Source of the DNA: Rugamonas sp.
Lineage (GTDB): Bacteria; Pseudomonadota; Gammaproteobacteria; Burkholderiales; Burkholderiaceae_D
Direction: 5' to 3'
DNA: 64,000 nucleotides
Assembly (NCBI RefSeq): GCF_025354735.1
Contig: NZ_JANXMI010000237.1
Coordinates: 3,978-67,977 of the forward strand
In this document: piece after piece, positions 46,218 through 56,223 of the stretch
Layout of the letters: the number at the start of each line of letters is the position of its first letter
Position numbering within the stretch: position 1 is the stretch's first letter
Made by a program: the position numbers and the translations under genes
Notes under the pieces: generated by a model
The model's input: the letters and a program-made list of their open reading frames with translations, nothing else
The model's database searches: none
Told to the model about the DNA's origin: nothing

Positions 46218-46718
46218 ATGGCACTGACTTTGACAGCAGCGCACGCGACGGCCGATGCGCACGTCGGCGCGTCGGAATTCCTGGCTTTTCAGCTGGGACA
46301 GGAAGAATATGGGATCGACATTCAAAAGGTGCAGGAAATCCGCGCCTACGAAGCCGTGACGCGCATGGCCAACGCCGTGCCGTACGTCAAGGGCGTCGTC
46401 AATTTGCGCGGCATCATCGTGCCTATCATCGACATGCGCATCAAGTTCGAGCTCGGCGAGCCGACCTACGACCATCTGACCGTGGTGATTATCTTGAATA
46501 TCGGCGGCCGCACCATCGGCATGGTGGTCGACCGCGTGTCCGACGTGATTACGCTGACGGCGGACCAGATCAAGCCGGCGCCCGACATGGGCGGCGCCAT
46601 GAGCACCGATTACCTGGTCGGCCTGGGCACCATCGAAGACCGTATGCTGGTCCTGGTCGACATCGACCGCCTGATGTCGTCCGACGACATGGGCCTGATG
46701 GCCAAGCTGGCCGCCTGA
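46218..46718 (+). CDS. cheW: Chemotaxis coupling protein CheW
   Basis: 166 aa. EFLAFQLGQEEYGIDIQKVQEIR, VKGVVNLRGIIVPIIDMR. Confidence 0.9.
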   Translation: MALTLTAAHATADAHVGASEFLAFQLGQEEYGIDIQKVQEIRAYEAVTRMANAVPYVKGVVNLRGIIVPIIDMRIKFELGEPTYDHLTVVIILNIGGRTIGMVVDRVSDVITLTADQIKPAPDMGGAMSTDYLVGLGTIEDRMLVLVDIDRLMSSDDMGLMAKLAA

Positions 46719-46808
46719 GCGCTCCGCTTTCCGCGCTTGCCGCGCTTTGCCGCCCGCCGCCCCGTCGGCGCGGGCCGGCGCTCTCTCACTATGCAACAAG
46801 GATAAACT

Positions 46809-48497
46809 ATGAAATGGCTACATGACCTGCGGCTGGCTACCAAGCTCGGCCTGGCGTTCGCCTCGGTACTGATACTCACCACCGCCGTCGGCGTGTTTTC
46901 GATCGTGCAGCTGGCCGGCGTCAACCGCACGGCCACCGAGCTGTCGGCGCGCTGGATGCCGAGCATGCGCGCGGTGCAGGATATCAAATCGCAGATCGCC
47001 CGCGTGCGCACCCGCGAACTGCAATACATCATCTCCGACGACCAGGTCGAGATGGACAAGTATGACAAGGTCATCGCCAACGACCTGGCCGACCTGGCCA
47101 AGATGCAGGCCGAGATCCAAAAGCTGATCTCGACGCCCGAGGAAAAGGCGCTGTACGGCGACTTCCAGTCGATGTGGGAACGTTATATGGTGGAGGACGG
47201 CAAAATCCGCGCCGCCGCCCGCGTCAATGACGACGCCACCGCCAAGACGCTGATCCGCGCCGAGTCGAACAAGCTGATCGTGTCGCTGCGCGGCCAGGTC
47301 GACAAGCTCGTCAAGCTGTATGGCGACGGCGGCATCGAAGCGGCCCGCAGCGGCGACGAGCGCTATGCCTCGTCGCGGCTGTGGATCATCGCGCTGCTGG
47401 CGGCCAGCGTCGCGCTCGGCGCGCTGGCCGCCACGGTCATCACGGCCTGGCTGGTCAAGCGCCTGGGCGGCGAGCCCGACTACGCGGTCGAAATCGCCGG
47501 CCGCATCGCCGCCGGCGAGCTGTCGGTCGAGGTGCGCACGGCGCCGAACGACCGCGCCAGCCTGCTGTTCGCCATGAAAACCATGCGCGACAGCCTTGCC
47601 GACATCGTCGGCCAGGTGCGCGGCGCCACCGACACCATCGCCAGCGCGTCGGACCAGATCGTCGCCGGCAACCTCGACCTGTCGGCCCGCACCGAGCAGC
47701 AAGCCAGTTCGCTGGAAGAGACGGCGGCGTCGATGGAGCAGCTGACCTCGGCCGTCAAGCAAAACGCCGACAGCGCGCGCCAGGCCAACCAGCTGGCCCT
47801 GTCCGCCTCCGAGATCGCCCAGAAGGGCGGCCTGGTGGTGTCGCAGGTGGTCGACACCATGGGCTCGATCAACGCCTCGGCGCGCAAGATCGTCGACATC
47901 ATCGGCGTCATCGACGGCATCGCCTTCCAGACCAATATCCTGGCGCTGAACGCGGCCGTCGAGGCGGCCCGGGCCGGTGAGCAGGGCCGCGGCTTCGCCG
48001 TCGTCGCCTCCGAGGTGCGCAACCTGGCCCAGCGCTCGGCCGCCGCCGCCAAGGAAATCAAGACCCTGATCGGCAATTCGGTCGAGCAGGTCGGCAATGG
48101 CAGCAAGCTCGTCGAGCAGGCCGGCGCGACCATGGAAGACGTCGTCGTCTCGGTGCGCCGCGTGACCGACATCATGGGCGAGATCACGGCCGCCGGCCGC
48201 GAGCAGAGCGCCGGCATCGAGCAAGTCAACGTCGCCATCGCCCAGATGGACGCCGTGACCCAGCAGAACGCCGCCCTGGTCGAGGAAGCGACGGCGGCCT
48301 CGCAAAGCATGCAGGACCAGGCCAGCGCGCTGGCCCAGCTCGTTACCGTGTTCCAGCTGGCCGAACCGGCCCACGGCGTGGCGCGCGGCCGCGCGGCCGA
48401 CGCCCCGCTGCGCCTGGCGCTCGCGTCCAGCCACACGGCGCGCGGCATCGCGGCCGACGACGGCGCCCGCCGCGTGGACCGGCAGTCGGCCGGCTGA
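46809..48497 (+). CDS. Methyl-accepting chemotaxis protein (4-helix-bundle sensor, HAMP, MA domain)
   Basis: 562 aa. N-terminal TM plus sensor, second TM, HAMP, and the highly conserved IAFQTNILALNAAVEAARAGEQGRGFAVVASEVRNLAQRSA. Confidence 0.9.
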   Translation: MKWLHDLRLATKLGLAFASVLILTTAVGVFSIVQLAGVNRTATELSARWMPSMRAVQDIKSQIARVRTRELQYIISDDQVEMDKYDKVIANDLADLAKMQAEIQKLISTPEEKALYGDFQSMWERYMVEDGKIRAAARVNDDATAKTLIRAESNKLIVSLRGQVDKLVKLYGDGGIEAARSGDERYASSRLWIIALLAASVALGALAATVITAWLVKRLGGEPDYAVEIAGRIAAGELSVEVRTAPNDRASLLFAMKTMRDSLADIVGQVRGATDTIASASDQIVAGNLDLSARTEQQASSLEETAASMEQLTSAVKQNADSARQANQLALSASEIAQKGGLVVSQVVDTMGSINASARKIVDIIGVIDGIAFQTNILALNAAVEAARAGEQGRGFAVVASEVRNLAQRSAAAAKEIKTLIGNSVEQVGNGSKLVEQAGATMEDVVVSVRRVTDIMGEITAAGREQSAGIEQVNVAIAQMDAVTQQNAALVEEATAASQSMQDQASALAQLVTVFQLAEPAHGVARGRAADAPLRLALASSHTARGIAADDGARRVDRQSAG

Positions 48498-48575
48498 GCC
48501 GGTCCCGCTTTTCCGCGCCGTTCGCGCGCATTTCCCCACGTCCGGCGGCCGCTCAGCGGCCCGCCGGCGGCGCCC

Positions 48576-48635
48576 GACAGCGCACCGTTGCCGCGACTTT
48601 GTCGCATTCACGCAACGGTGCCCTGTCTTTTTTTT
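48576..48635 (+). terminator. Rho-independent terminator after the mcp gene
   Basis: gacag-c-gcaccgttgc ... gcaacggtgc-c-ctgtc followed by tttttttt. 10-bp arms at 48582-48591 / 48612-48621, with outer gacag/ctgtc. Confidence 0.7.
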
Positions 48636-49363
48636 GTCACAATGTTGCGCTGCGATATGGTGCAAAACGGTGGCATAAGCCGCATGAAAATTTTTCAACA
48701 TTGCGGATTCTCCCTATGAAAGATCCGCGATTCCGTATTTTCCTTACTGTCAAGAAATTAAATGGGGCAATTTCATGCCGCGCACGAATAAGTTTTAGAT
48801 CGGTGAAATAGCGGTATAACCCTGTATAACGTGATGTTGAAAATAGCAATATGGCTATTTCCACCGAGTTCTGCATTGATGTGCTGGTAAACGTCGATGT
48901 GCATCAAACCCCGTCACGGGAATGTTTGCGGTAGATCATCATGCAGATGTGTAATAACGAGCTGGTGACTGGCTTTGCAGGAAATATTGCAATGCAGTAA
49001 AATGCTGTTTTTTTGCAAGTCCAATGTGGTGCAAGGGTGTCCAAAACGGTGCTTCCCTGCTGTTTCCGGATGGCAAATAACCTTGATGGATATGCAAACG
49101 GTCAGTATAGTGCCGCCTTCGGCGCGCGGGCATGTGCCAGGCAACACCCGCACATGCGAGTACGCGCCCGTATCAAGCCGGCACTGACCGGATCGGCCGC
49201 GCCTGCGGTGAGCGCGTTCCCCCGGCGGGAACGCGTGGTGGCAAACGGGGAGAGTTTGCCCTCACGGCGGGAGGCGATGTCCGAGAGGCATCGACGGGCG
49301 CCGAAGTGGTCGCCGTCGCACTGGCTTTACTTTTTTATGCAACACAACTGAAGGAAAAACATA

Positions 49364-50464
49364 ATGAAAAAATCTCTGATCACCATCGCAGCTCTGGGCG
49401 CCCTGAGCAACGTCGCCATGGCTCAATCGAACGTCACCATCTATGGCCTGCTCGACGCCGCTGTTGTCAGCGAGCGCGGCGGTGCGGCTGGTTCCGTCAC
49501 CAAACTGACCGGCGGCGTGTCGTCGGCTTCCCGTCTGGGCTTCAAGGGTACGGAAGATCTGGGCGGCGGTCTGTCGGCCGTCTTCGTGCTGGAAGAAGGC
49601 GTACTGATCGACACCGGCTCGCAGGATTCGGCCGGCCAGGCGTTCAACCGCCAATCGTATGTGGGCCTGAGCAGCAAAGACGCCGGCACCATCACGCTGG
49701 GTCGTCAGTACACCATGCTGTACAACGCCATCCAGCAAGTGGGTGACCCGTTCGGCGCCGGCTACGCTGGCACCGCGAAAAACCTGTTCCCAGTTGCCGG
49801 CGCTGAAATCCGCGCGAACAACGCCGTCGTCTACTCGTCGCCGAAAATCAACGGCTTCTCGGGCGACGCCATGTACTCGCTGGGCGAGCAGGCTGGCAAC
49901 AACAGCGCCGGCCGTCAATTCGGCCTGGGCCTGGCCTACGCCAACGGTCCGCTGAACGCGCGCCTGGTCTACAACAACAAGAACAGCGACACCAGCAACA
50001 ACACCGTCGTCGCGCCAGCCATCGTCGCGTCCAGCCACGATATCGGCCGCAACGTGCTGTTCGCCGCCAACTACGACTTCAGCGTCGCCAAGGCTTACTT
50101 CATGTTCGGTTCGGACAAGGGCTTCAACAGCGCCCCTCTGTACAACACCACCGCCAAGCCATATGGCAGCGCCTTCGCCGCCAGCGTGGACAGCAACGAC
50201 CTGCTGATCGGTACCACCGTGCCAGTCGGCCAGTCGGGCACCGTGATGGCGTCCTACCTGCGCAAGAACGACAAGACCTCGTTCAACCAGGATGCCGACC
50301 AGTACGGTATCGGCTACTCGTATGCCCTGTCGAAGCGCACCAGCACCTACGTCGCTTACGCCAAGATCAAGAACAAGAACGGCGCTGGCTACACCGTTGG
50401 TAACAACACCGAAGCCGGCACGGGCGACAAGGCCGTCAACATCGGTATGAAGCACACCTTCTAA
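49364..50464 (+). CDS. Outer-membrane general porin (Burkholderia/Neisseria-type trimeric porin)
   Basis: 366 aa. Signal MKKSLITIAALGALSNVAMA, QSNVTIYGLLDAAV, SRLGFKGTEDLGGGL, and C-terminal ...GMKHTF. Confidence 0.9.
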   Translation: MKKSLITIAALGALSNVAMAQSNVTIYGLLDAAVVSERGGAAGSVTKLTGGVSSASRLGFKGTEDLGGGLSAVFVLEEGVLIDTGSQDSAGQAFNRQSYVGLSSKDAGTITLGRQYTMLYNAIQQVGDPFGAGYAGTAKNLFPVAGAEIRANNAVVYSSPKINGFSGDAMYSLGEQAGNNSAGRQFGLGLAYANGPLNARLVYNNKNSDTSNNTVVAPAIVASSHDIGRNVLFAANYDFSVAKAYFMFGSDKGFNSAPLYNTTAKPYGSAFAASVDSNDLLIGTTVPVGQSGTVMASYLRKNDKTSFNQDADQYGIGYSYALSKRTSTYVAYAKIKNKNGAGYTVGNNTEAGTGDKAVNIGMKHTF

Positions 50465-50599
50465 TTCCCGTTCAAGGGAAGCAGAAGCCGCACCGGCCGC
50501 GCAAGCGGCTGGCGCGATCACGAGGCCCGGTCCTGCTTGCAGCGCCGGGCCTTGTCGCATCCCGCGCTCAATGCACCACCCAGACATGAAACGGCTTCG

Positions 50600-51136
50600 A
50601 TGACATTTTCCCGACCGAACGGCCGCCTGGCGGCGGCGCTGCTGATCCTGCTGGCCTCCTGCGCGGCGATCGCCGCCATCGCCGCGCCCCAGCTGGCGCG
50701 CAAACCCGCCGCCGGCCTGCCGCGCTACGGCATGGCCGTCTATTCCGACTTGTGCGTCAACGGCGACAGCGGCGAATTCGGCGGCCAGCGCATCACGCTG
50801 CAACGCTTCAACGAAGTCGACACCGTGATTTATGAATACACCGCCGGCGGCTTGAGCTGGCCGGTGGTGGCCAGCGACGTCAACATCGACCCGCGCGGCC
50901 GCCAGCTTTACTTCACCGTCAAGCCGCCCGACGGCGAGGAGCGCACCATCAGCGGCAAGCTGTCGGCCGACGCCCAGCTGCTGACGCTCGACGGCGGCTA
51001 TTGCGGCGACGCGCAAGTGCCGATGCGGCTGGCCAGGATCGGCGATTTCGGCCGCAAGGCGGCCGCCTGCAAAGCTTGCCCGGAGCACAAGCCGGTCGCG
51101 CCGCCGGGCCAGCCGGATGGCGCGCCGCAGGCCTGA
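50600..51136 (+). CDS. Hypothetical exported protein (possible lipoprotein)
   Basis: 178 aa from the inner ATG. Hydrophobic N-terminus with LLASC. No family recognised. C-terminal CKACPEH and a Pro-rich tail. Confidence 0.45.
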   Translation: MTFSRPNGRLAAALLILLASCAAIAAIAAPQLARKPAAGLPRYGMAVYSDLCVNGDSGEFGGQRITLQRFNEVDTVIYEYTAGGLSWPVVASDVNIDPRGRQLYFTVKPPDGEERTISGKLSADAQLLTLDGGYCGDAQVPMRLARIGDFGRKAAACKACPEHKPVAPPGQPDGAPQA

Positions 51137-51206
51137 CGTCCACATGTAAACAATATAAATAATATAAATAGTATGTTGGGCGGCGGCGCGGCGATGGCCG
51201 CGCGCT

Positions 51207-51251
51207 GAAAAAACGGGCCGGCCGCATCACGCGGCCGGCCCGTTTTTATTT
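51207..51251. terminator. Bidirectional rho-independent terminator (hypothetical gene / TPP enzyme convergent)
   Basis: aaaaaa-cgggccggccgc-atcac-gcggccggcccg-ttttt. Perfect 12-bp stem at 51214-51225 / 51231-51242. Confidence 0.8.
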
Positions 51252-51262
51252 TTCGCCCGGTC

Positions 51263-52966
51263 TTACTTCGCCGCGCGCGCCGCCTCGGCGTTCTTGCGTA
51301 TCGTTTCCAGCGTCGCACCCGGCGTAATCAGGTTGCCGTCGTAGCGCAGTTCGATCAACGCCGGCAGCTGCGTGCCGTTGGCGTGCGCCAGCGCGCGTTC
51401 CAGCGCCGGGCCGAATTGTTCGGTCGCCGTCACCACTTCGCCGTGCGCGCCGTAGGCCACGGCCAGCGCCGCGAAGTCGGGGTTGTGCAGCTGCGTGCCG
51501 GACACGCGGCCGGGATAGTCGCGCTCCTGGTGCATGCGGATGGTGCCGAACATGCCGTTGTTGAAAACGATGATGACCACGCCCGCCTTGTACTGCACGG
51601 CCGTGGCCAGCTCCTGGCCGTTCATCATGTACTCGCCGTCGCCGGCGAAGGTGATGACGGTGAGCTGCGGCGCGATGATCTTGGCGGCCACGCCGGCCGG
51701 CACGCCGTAACCCATCGCGCCGCTGGTCGGCGCCAGCTGCGTGCGCATGCCGCCGTAGCGGTGGAAGCGGTGCGCCCACGTGGCGTAGTTGCCGGCGCCG
51801 TTGGTGATGATGGCGTCGGCCGGCGCCAGCTTGCGGATCTGCTGCACCACCTGCCACAGGTCGAGCGGCGCCTGGCCGTCCTGGAAGATGGGCGGCTGCT
51901 CCTGATAGGCCAGCAGTTCGGCCCTGGCCTGCGCCACCGAGTCGCGCCAGGCGCCGGCGTCGACCGGCGCCAGCGCGGCCAGCATCGCCGCCGCCTGCGC
52001 CATGCCGCTGTTAATCATCAACTCGGCCTGGTAGACGCTGCCCAGTTCCTCGGCGTCGGCGTGGATGTGGATCAGGCGCTGCGCGGGCACCGGCGATGCA
52101 ATCAACGTATAGCCGCCTGTGGTCATCTCGCCCAGGCGCGGGCCGATGGCGATGATGACGTCGGCGTCGCGCACGCGCGCGGCCAGTTTCGGGTTGATGC
52201 CGATGCCGACGTCGCCGACATAATTCGGGTGCGCGTTGTCGAGCAGGTCCTGGAAGCGGAACGCGCACGCCACCGGCAGGTGGTTGTCCTCGGCGTAGCG
52301 CTGCACGTCGGCGCAGGCTTGGGCGTTCCAGCCGCCGCCGCCCAGCAGCAGCAGCGGGCGTTGGGCGCCGGCCAGCATCTCGCGCAGCCGCGCCATTTGC
52401 GCGGCCGACGGCGACGCCTGCACCGGCTGATAGCGGCGCGTATCGGCCACGGCGGCCGTCGAGATCAGCATGTCCTCCGGCAGCGCCAGCACCACCGGAC
52501 CGGGACGGCCGCTGGTGGCGACCTGGAAGGCGCGCGCCAGGTATTCGGGGATGCGGTCGGCGCGGTCGATCTGCGCCACCCACTTGGCCATCTGGCCGTA
52601 CATGCGGCGGTAGTCGATTTCCTGGAAGGCCTCGCGGTCGGCGAAGTCGTTGCCGACCTGGCCGATGAAGAGGATCATCGGCGTCGAATCCTGGTAGGCC
52701 GTGTGGACGCCGATCGAGGCGTTGGTCGCGCCGGGGCCGCGGGTGACGAAGCAGATGCCGGGCCGGCCCGTCATCTTGCCGTAGGCGTCGGCCATGAAGG
52801 CGGCGCCGCCCTCCTGGCGGTTGATGATGAAGCGGATCGCCGAATCGTGCAGCGCGTCGAGCACGTCGAGGTAGCTTTCGCCGGGCACGCCGAAGGCGGT
52901 GTCGACGCCGTGGATTTTCAGGGCATCGACCAGGATCTGGCCGCCGGTGCGGGTAGGGTGGGTCAT
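51263..52966 (-). CDS. Thiamine-pyrophosphate-dependent enzyme, acetolactate-synthase-like
   Basis: 567 aa. FGVPGESYLDVLDAL, RQEGGAAFMADAYGK, GPGATNA, and the C-terminal TPP motif GDGEYMMNGQELATA...NNGMFGTI. Confidence 0.8.
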   Translation of the reverse strand: MTHPTRTGGQILVDALKIHGVDTAFGVPGESYLDVLDALHDSAIRFIINRQEGGAAFMADAYGKMTGRPGICFVTRGPGATNASIGVHTAYQDSTPMILFIGQVGNDFADREAFQEIDYRRMYGQMAKWVAQIDRADRIPEYLARAFQVATSGRPGPVVLALPEDMLISTAAVADTRRYQPVQASPSAAQMARLREMLAGAQRPLLLLGGGGWNAQACADVQRYAEDNHLPVACAFRFQDLLDNAHPNYVGDVGIGINPKLAARVRDADVIIAIGPRLGEMTTGGYTLIASPVPAQRLIHIHADAEELGSVYQAELMINSGMAQAAAMLAALAPVDAGAWRDSVAQARAELLAYQEQPPIFQDGQAPLDLWQVVQQIRKLAPADAIITNGAGNYATWAHRFHRYGGMRTQLAPTSGAMGYGVPAGVAAKIIAPQLTVITFAGDGEYMMNGQELATAVQYKAGVVIIVFNNGMFGTIRMHQERDYPGRVSGTQLHNPDFAALAVAYGAHGEVVTATEQFGPALERALAHANGTQLPALIELRYDGNLITPGATLETIRKNAEAARAAK

Positions 52967-53136
52967 GGGTCTAACCTTCGTGATGGAAGAGGGAGCGGTG
53001 ATCGCCGGGCTGGCATCATTCTAAAACGCGGCGCCGGCACCGGCTTTTGAAATGGCGACACCAAATTTCAGATTCGACGGCGGCCGGCGCGGCGCTTTTC
53101 CCCCTGCGGCCGGCGCGGCGCGGTACAATACGCCTC

Positions 53137-53480
53137 GAAGCAAGCCAGACAGCCGCTGGCCAGCGCGTAATGCCTGGCGGGAGGAAGGTCCGGACTCCAT
53201 AGAGCGGGGTGACGGTTAACGGCCGTCCGCTGAAAGCCGCAAGCGCAAGCCCAGGGTATAAGGCGAGGAATAGGGCCACAGAGACGAGCGTATTAAGTTA
53301 CGGTGAAACGCGGTAACCTCCACCTGGTGCAATTCCAAATAGGCACGCGATGATGCTGCTCGCGGAGCGTGCGGGTAGGAAGCTTGAGCGCCGGAGTAAT
53401 TCGGCGCCTAGAGGAATGGCTGTCATAGCGCGGGTTCGCCCGCGCCGTAACAAAATCCGGCCTATCGGCTTGCTTCAACT
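53137..53480 (+). ncRNA. rnpB: RNase P RNA, bacterial type A
   Basis: P1 pairing gaagcaagcc (53137-53146) with ggcttgcttc (53467-53476). P4 strands gaggaaggtccggactcc (53181-53198) and acaaaatccggcctat (53450-53465). Also ggtgaaacgcggtaacctccacctgg, caaatagg and gcttgagc blocks colinear with E. coli M1 RNA. tacaat -10 at 53124-53129. Confidence 0.9.
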
Positions 53481-53580
53481 AATAACCAGATCGAGATCGG
53501 ATGACAACGCCGTTATATCGATCGCGGCCGCCACCGGAACGTAGCACATCTATAATGTGGCGACGACCGGGGACCCGCCG

Positions 53581-55080
53581 ATGAAAAAATACATACTCGC
53601 GCTCGACCAGGGCACCACCAGCTCGCGCGCCATCCTGTTCGACCACGACGGCCAGATCTGCGGCAGCGCGGCCCAGGAATTCCCCCAGCATTTCCCGCAT
53701 CCGGGCTGGGTCGAACACGACCCCAACGACATCTGGAACAGCCAGCTCTCGGTGGCCCGCAAAGTCCTGCACGACAGCCACATCGACAGCAAGCAGATAC
53801 GCGCCATCGGCATCGCCAACCAGCGCGAGACCACCGTCGTGTGGGACCGCAAGACGGGCGAGCCGATCGCGCCGGCCATCGTCTGGCAAGACCGCCGCGG
53901 CGCCGACCTGTGCGCGCAGCTGCGCGCCGACGGCAAGGCCAGGCGCGTCGCCGACGCCACCGGCCTGGAACTGGACGCCTATTTTTCCGCCACCAAGGTC
54001 AAATGGCTGCTCGACCACGTGCCCTGCGCGCGCGAGCGGGCCCGCCATGGCGCGCTGGCCTTCGGCACCATCGACAGCTGGCTGGCGTGGAAGCTGTGCG
54101 GCGTCCACGTCACGGACGTCAGCAACGCCGCGCGCACCATGCTGTTCAACATACACCTGATGCGCTGGGACCAGGACTTGCTCGACCTGTTCGACATCCC
54201 GGAGGCGATGCTGCCGCTGGTGGTGTCGTCGAGCGAAGAAGTCGGCAACACCAAGGCGGCGCTGTTCGGCGGCGCCATTCCCGTGGCCGGCATCGCCGGC
54301 GACCAGCAGGCCGCCACTTTCGGCCAGGCCTGCCACCGGCCCGGCATGGTCAAGAACACCTACGGCACCGGATGCTTTTTGCTGATGAACGCGGGCCGCC
54401 ACCCGGTCGCGTCCAGCAACCGCCTGCTGTCGACGGTGGGCTGGCGCGTCGACGGCGAGACCGACTATCTGCTCGAGGGCAGCGTCTTCATGGGCGGCGC
54501 CACCGTGCAGTGGCTGCGCGACGGCCTGGGCATCATCGACAAGTCGAGCGACGTCGAGGCGCTGGCCGTCAGTGTGCCCGACAGCGGCGGCGTGTTCATG
54601 GTGCCGGCCTTCGTCGGCCTCGGCGCGCCGCACTGGGACCCGTACGCGCGCGGAGCGCTGGTCGGCCTGACGCGCGGCAGCAACCGCGCCCACATCGCGC
54701 GCGCCGCGCTCGAAGCCATCGCCTACCAGAGCGCGGAGCTGATGCTGGCCATGCAGAAGGACGCCCGCACGCCGCAGCGCCCCATCGAGCTGCTGGAAGT
54801 GCGGGCCGACGGCGGCGCCGCCCGCAACGACCTGCTGATGCAGTTCCAGGCCGACCTGCTGGGCGTGCCCGTGGTGCGGCCGCAGGTGACGGAAACGACG
54901 GCGCTGGGCGCGGCCTATCTGGCCGGGCTGGCGGTCGGCTTCTGGGACACGCGCGAGGAAGTGGCGGCCCAGTGGGCTTGCGAGCGGCGCTTTTCGCCGC
55001 AGATGAGCGCCGAGCGGCGCGCCGAACTGATGGGATTGTGGGGCCGCGCGGTCGAGCGCTCCAAAGGCTGGGCGGCTTGA
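53581..55080 (+). CDS. glpK: Glycerol kinase
   Basis: 499 aa from ATG 53581. [66 protein letters not shown]. Confidence 0.95.
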   Translation: MKKYILALDQGTTSSRAILFDHDGQICGSAAQEFPQHFPHPGWVEHDPNDIWNSQLSVARKVLHDSHIDSKQIRAIGIANQRETTVVWDRKTGEPIAPAIVWQDRRGADLCAQLRADGKARRVADATGLELDAYFSATKVKWLLDHVPCARERARHGALAFGTIDSWLAWKLCGVHVTDVSNAARTMLFNIHLMRWDQDLLDLFDIPEAMLPLVVSSSEEVGNTKAALFGGAIPVAGIAGDQQAATFGQACHRPGMVKNTYGTGCFLLMNAGRHPVASSNRLLSTVGWRVDGETDYLLEGSVFMGGATVQWLRDGLGIIDKSSDVEALAVSVPDSGGVFMVPAFVGLGAPHWDPYARGALVGLTRGSNRAHIARAALEAIAYQSAELMLAMQKDARTPQRPIELLEVRADGGAARNDLLMQFQADLLGVPVVRPQVTETTALGAAYLAGLAVGFWDTREEVAAQWACERRFSPQMSAERRAELMGLWGRAVERSKGWAA

Positions 55081-55141
55081 TGGAGCTGGTTCTATCTGGC
55101 TTATAATCGACACACTCCGGTTCCGTCGATGAGGTGATGAT

Positions 55142-55432
55142 ATGGCTATTTCTGAAAATGACATCGTGCCGCTGTCGCAAGCGCGGGCAAATTTCTCGGA
55201 ATTGGCGGAGCAGGTGAAGGCTGGCGCGGAAAAAGTGATTACGAAAAACGGCGCAAGCTACGTGGCCCTGATCGATGCCGCCCGGCTCGACTACTACCAT
55301 CAACTCGAACGTGAGCGCATCCATTTGCTGCAGATTGATGACGCGGCAAAAGGATTGAATGATGTCGCTGCGGGCCGGACCGAAGATGCGCGCGTCGCGC
55401 TCAATGCCCGCAAAAAGCGCCGCGCCGCCTGA
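55142..55432 (+). CDS. Phd/YefM-family type II antitoxin
   Basis: 96 aa. IVPLSQARANFSELAEQVKAGAEKVITKNGASYVALID is the canonical Phd/YefM N-terminal fold pattern. Confidence 0.75.
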   Translation: MAISENDIVPLSQARANFSELAEQVKAGAEKVITKNGASYVALIDAARLDYYHQLERERIHLLQIDDAAKGLNDVAAGRTEDARVALNARKKRRAA

Positions 55433-55452
55433 TCGTCCGCTCTGTCGCGGTC

Positions 55453-55641
55453 ATGGACAAGAAAATCCCAGTCAGGTTCAGTGCAAACTTCGAGCGCAAC
55501 CTCGACAGCATCGAACAATTTTTGACTGAGGCGGGCGTGCCGTGGAATCTTTAGGCCGATTACGTGCTGCTTTATTTATGGGACAGCCATGACGTCTTTT
55601 TGCTCTCAATCAAGCATCATCGCCAATCTTTTTTGACTTGA
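55453..55641 (+). pseudogene. Decayed RelE/ParE-family toxin remnant (in-frame TAG plus internal deletion)
   Basis: My translation: MDKKIPVRFSANFERNLDSIEQFLTEAGVPWNL-TAG(55552-55554)-ADYVLLYLWDSHDVFLLSIKHHRQSFLT. The N- and C-terminal ParE-like blocks are present but the middle of the protein is missing. Confidence 0.5.
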
Positions 55642-56188
55642 ACTTGCTTTGGAAACGATAAAAAACCGGCTTCCGGTCGCCATCTGCTATGCGTATAATG
55701 ACGCATGTCCGCCGGTTTTGGATTTAATTTGTCTATACAAAATAGCGCTGCCTGGCCAAAATTTTTAACAATTGCAATTTATATTTCACCTTTTCAGTAG
55801 CGATTTTGAAGGTCATCCATTCCGCCTCAAACGCGTTTGCAGCGCGCCGCGCCGTTAATTCTCTCCAAAAACCACTCTAAACCGTCTTTTTACCGACCGG
55901 CATGGCCGCGCCATCGGCGTGGGCCGTCAAGCACGGTATTGTTGGTATTTGGCAACCTTATATATAAATTTCAATTATTTAATTTGACTAATAGTCCGAT
56001 CCGGGTGCAGGCAAACCCATGTGTGCAGATGAGGTGGCACATTCACTATCTTCTATAAGTATCTAATTTCTCGATATATTTTCCTCCGCGCCCGCTTCAA
56101 GGAAGTACGCTAAGTCCTTAATTTCATTAATAAAATCCCTGTTTCGTCTGGTGGAAACCGCTTGACCACCATTCTTGCATCCACTAAA

Positions 56189-56223
56189 GTGGTCATCTGT
56201 GTGAAAAAGTGTGTTTTTGTGGG
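56189..56223 (+). promoter_or_regulatory. Array of four GTG(G/T)(G/T) pentamers at exact 10-bp phasing upstream of mraZ (MraZ operator-like)
   Basis: gtggt 56189-56193, gtgtg 56199-56203, gtgtg 56209-56213, gtggg 56219-56223. About 70 nt upstream of the mraZ GTG start. Confidence 0.55.

Noticed and set aside
48636-49100. Several 60-80-aa ORFs in the AT-rich spacer between the mcp and porin genes
   Set aside because: There is no coding periodicity or GC3 bias like the surrounding genes, no RBS context and no recognisable motifs. I treated them as noncoding.
50465-50600. Hairpins after the porin stop (agccgc...gcggct and ggcccgg...ccgggcc) as a terminator
   Set aside because: The stems are short and not followed by a T-run. 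I could not support an intrinsic terminator call.
46818-51145. Two 627-aa minus-strand ORFs (46818..48701 and 49262..51145)
   Set aside because: They are antisense to the MCP and the porin/hypothetical genes. The composition is Arg/Gly/Ala/Asp-rich with no domain signatures.
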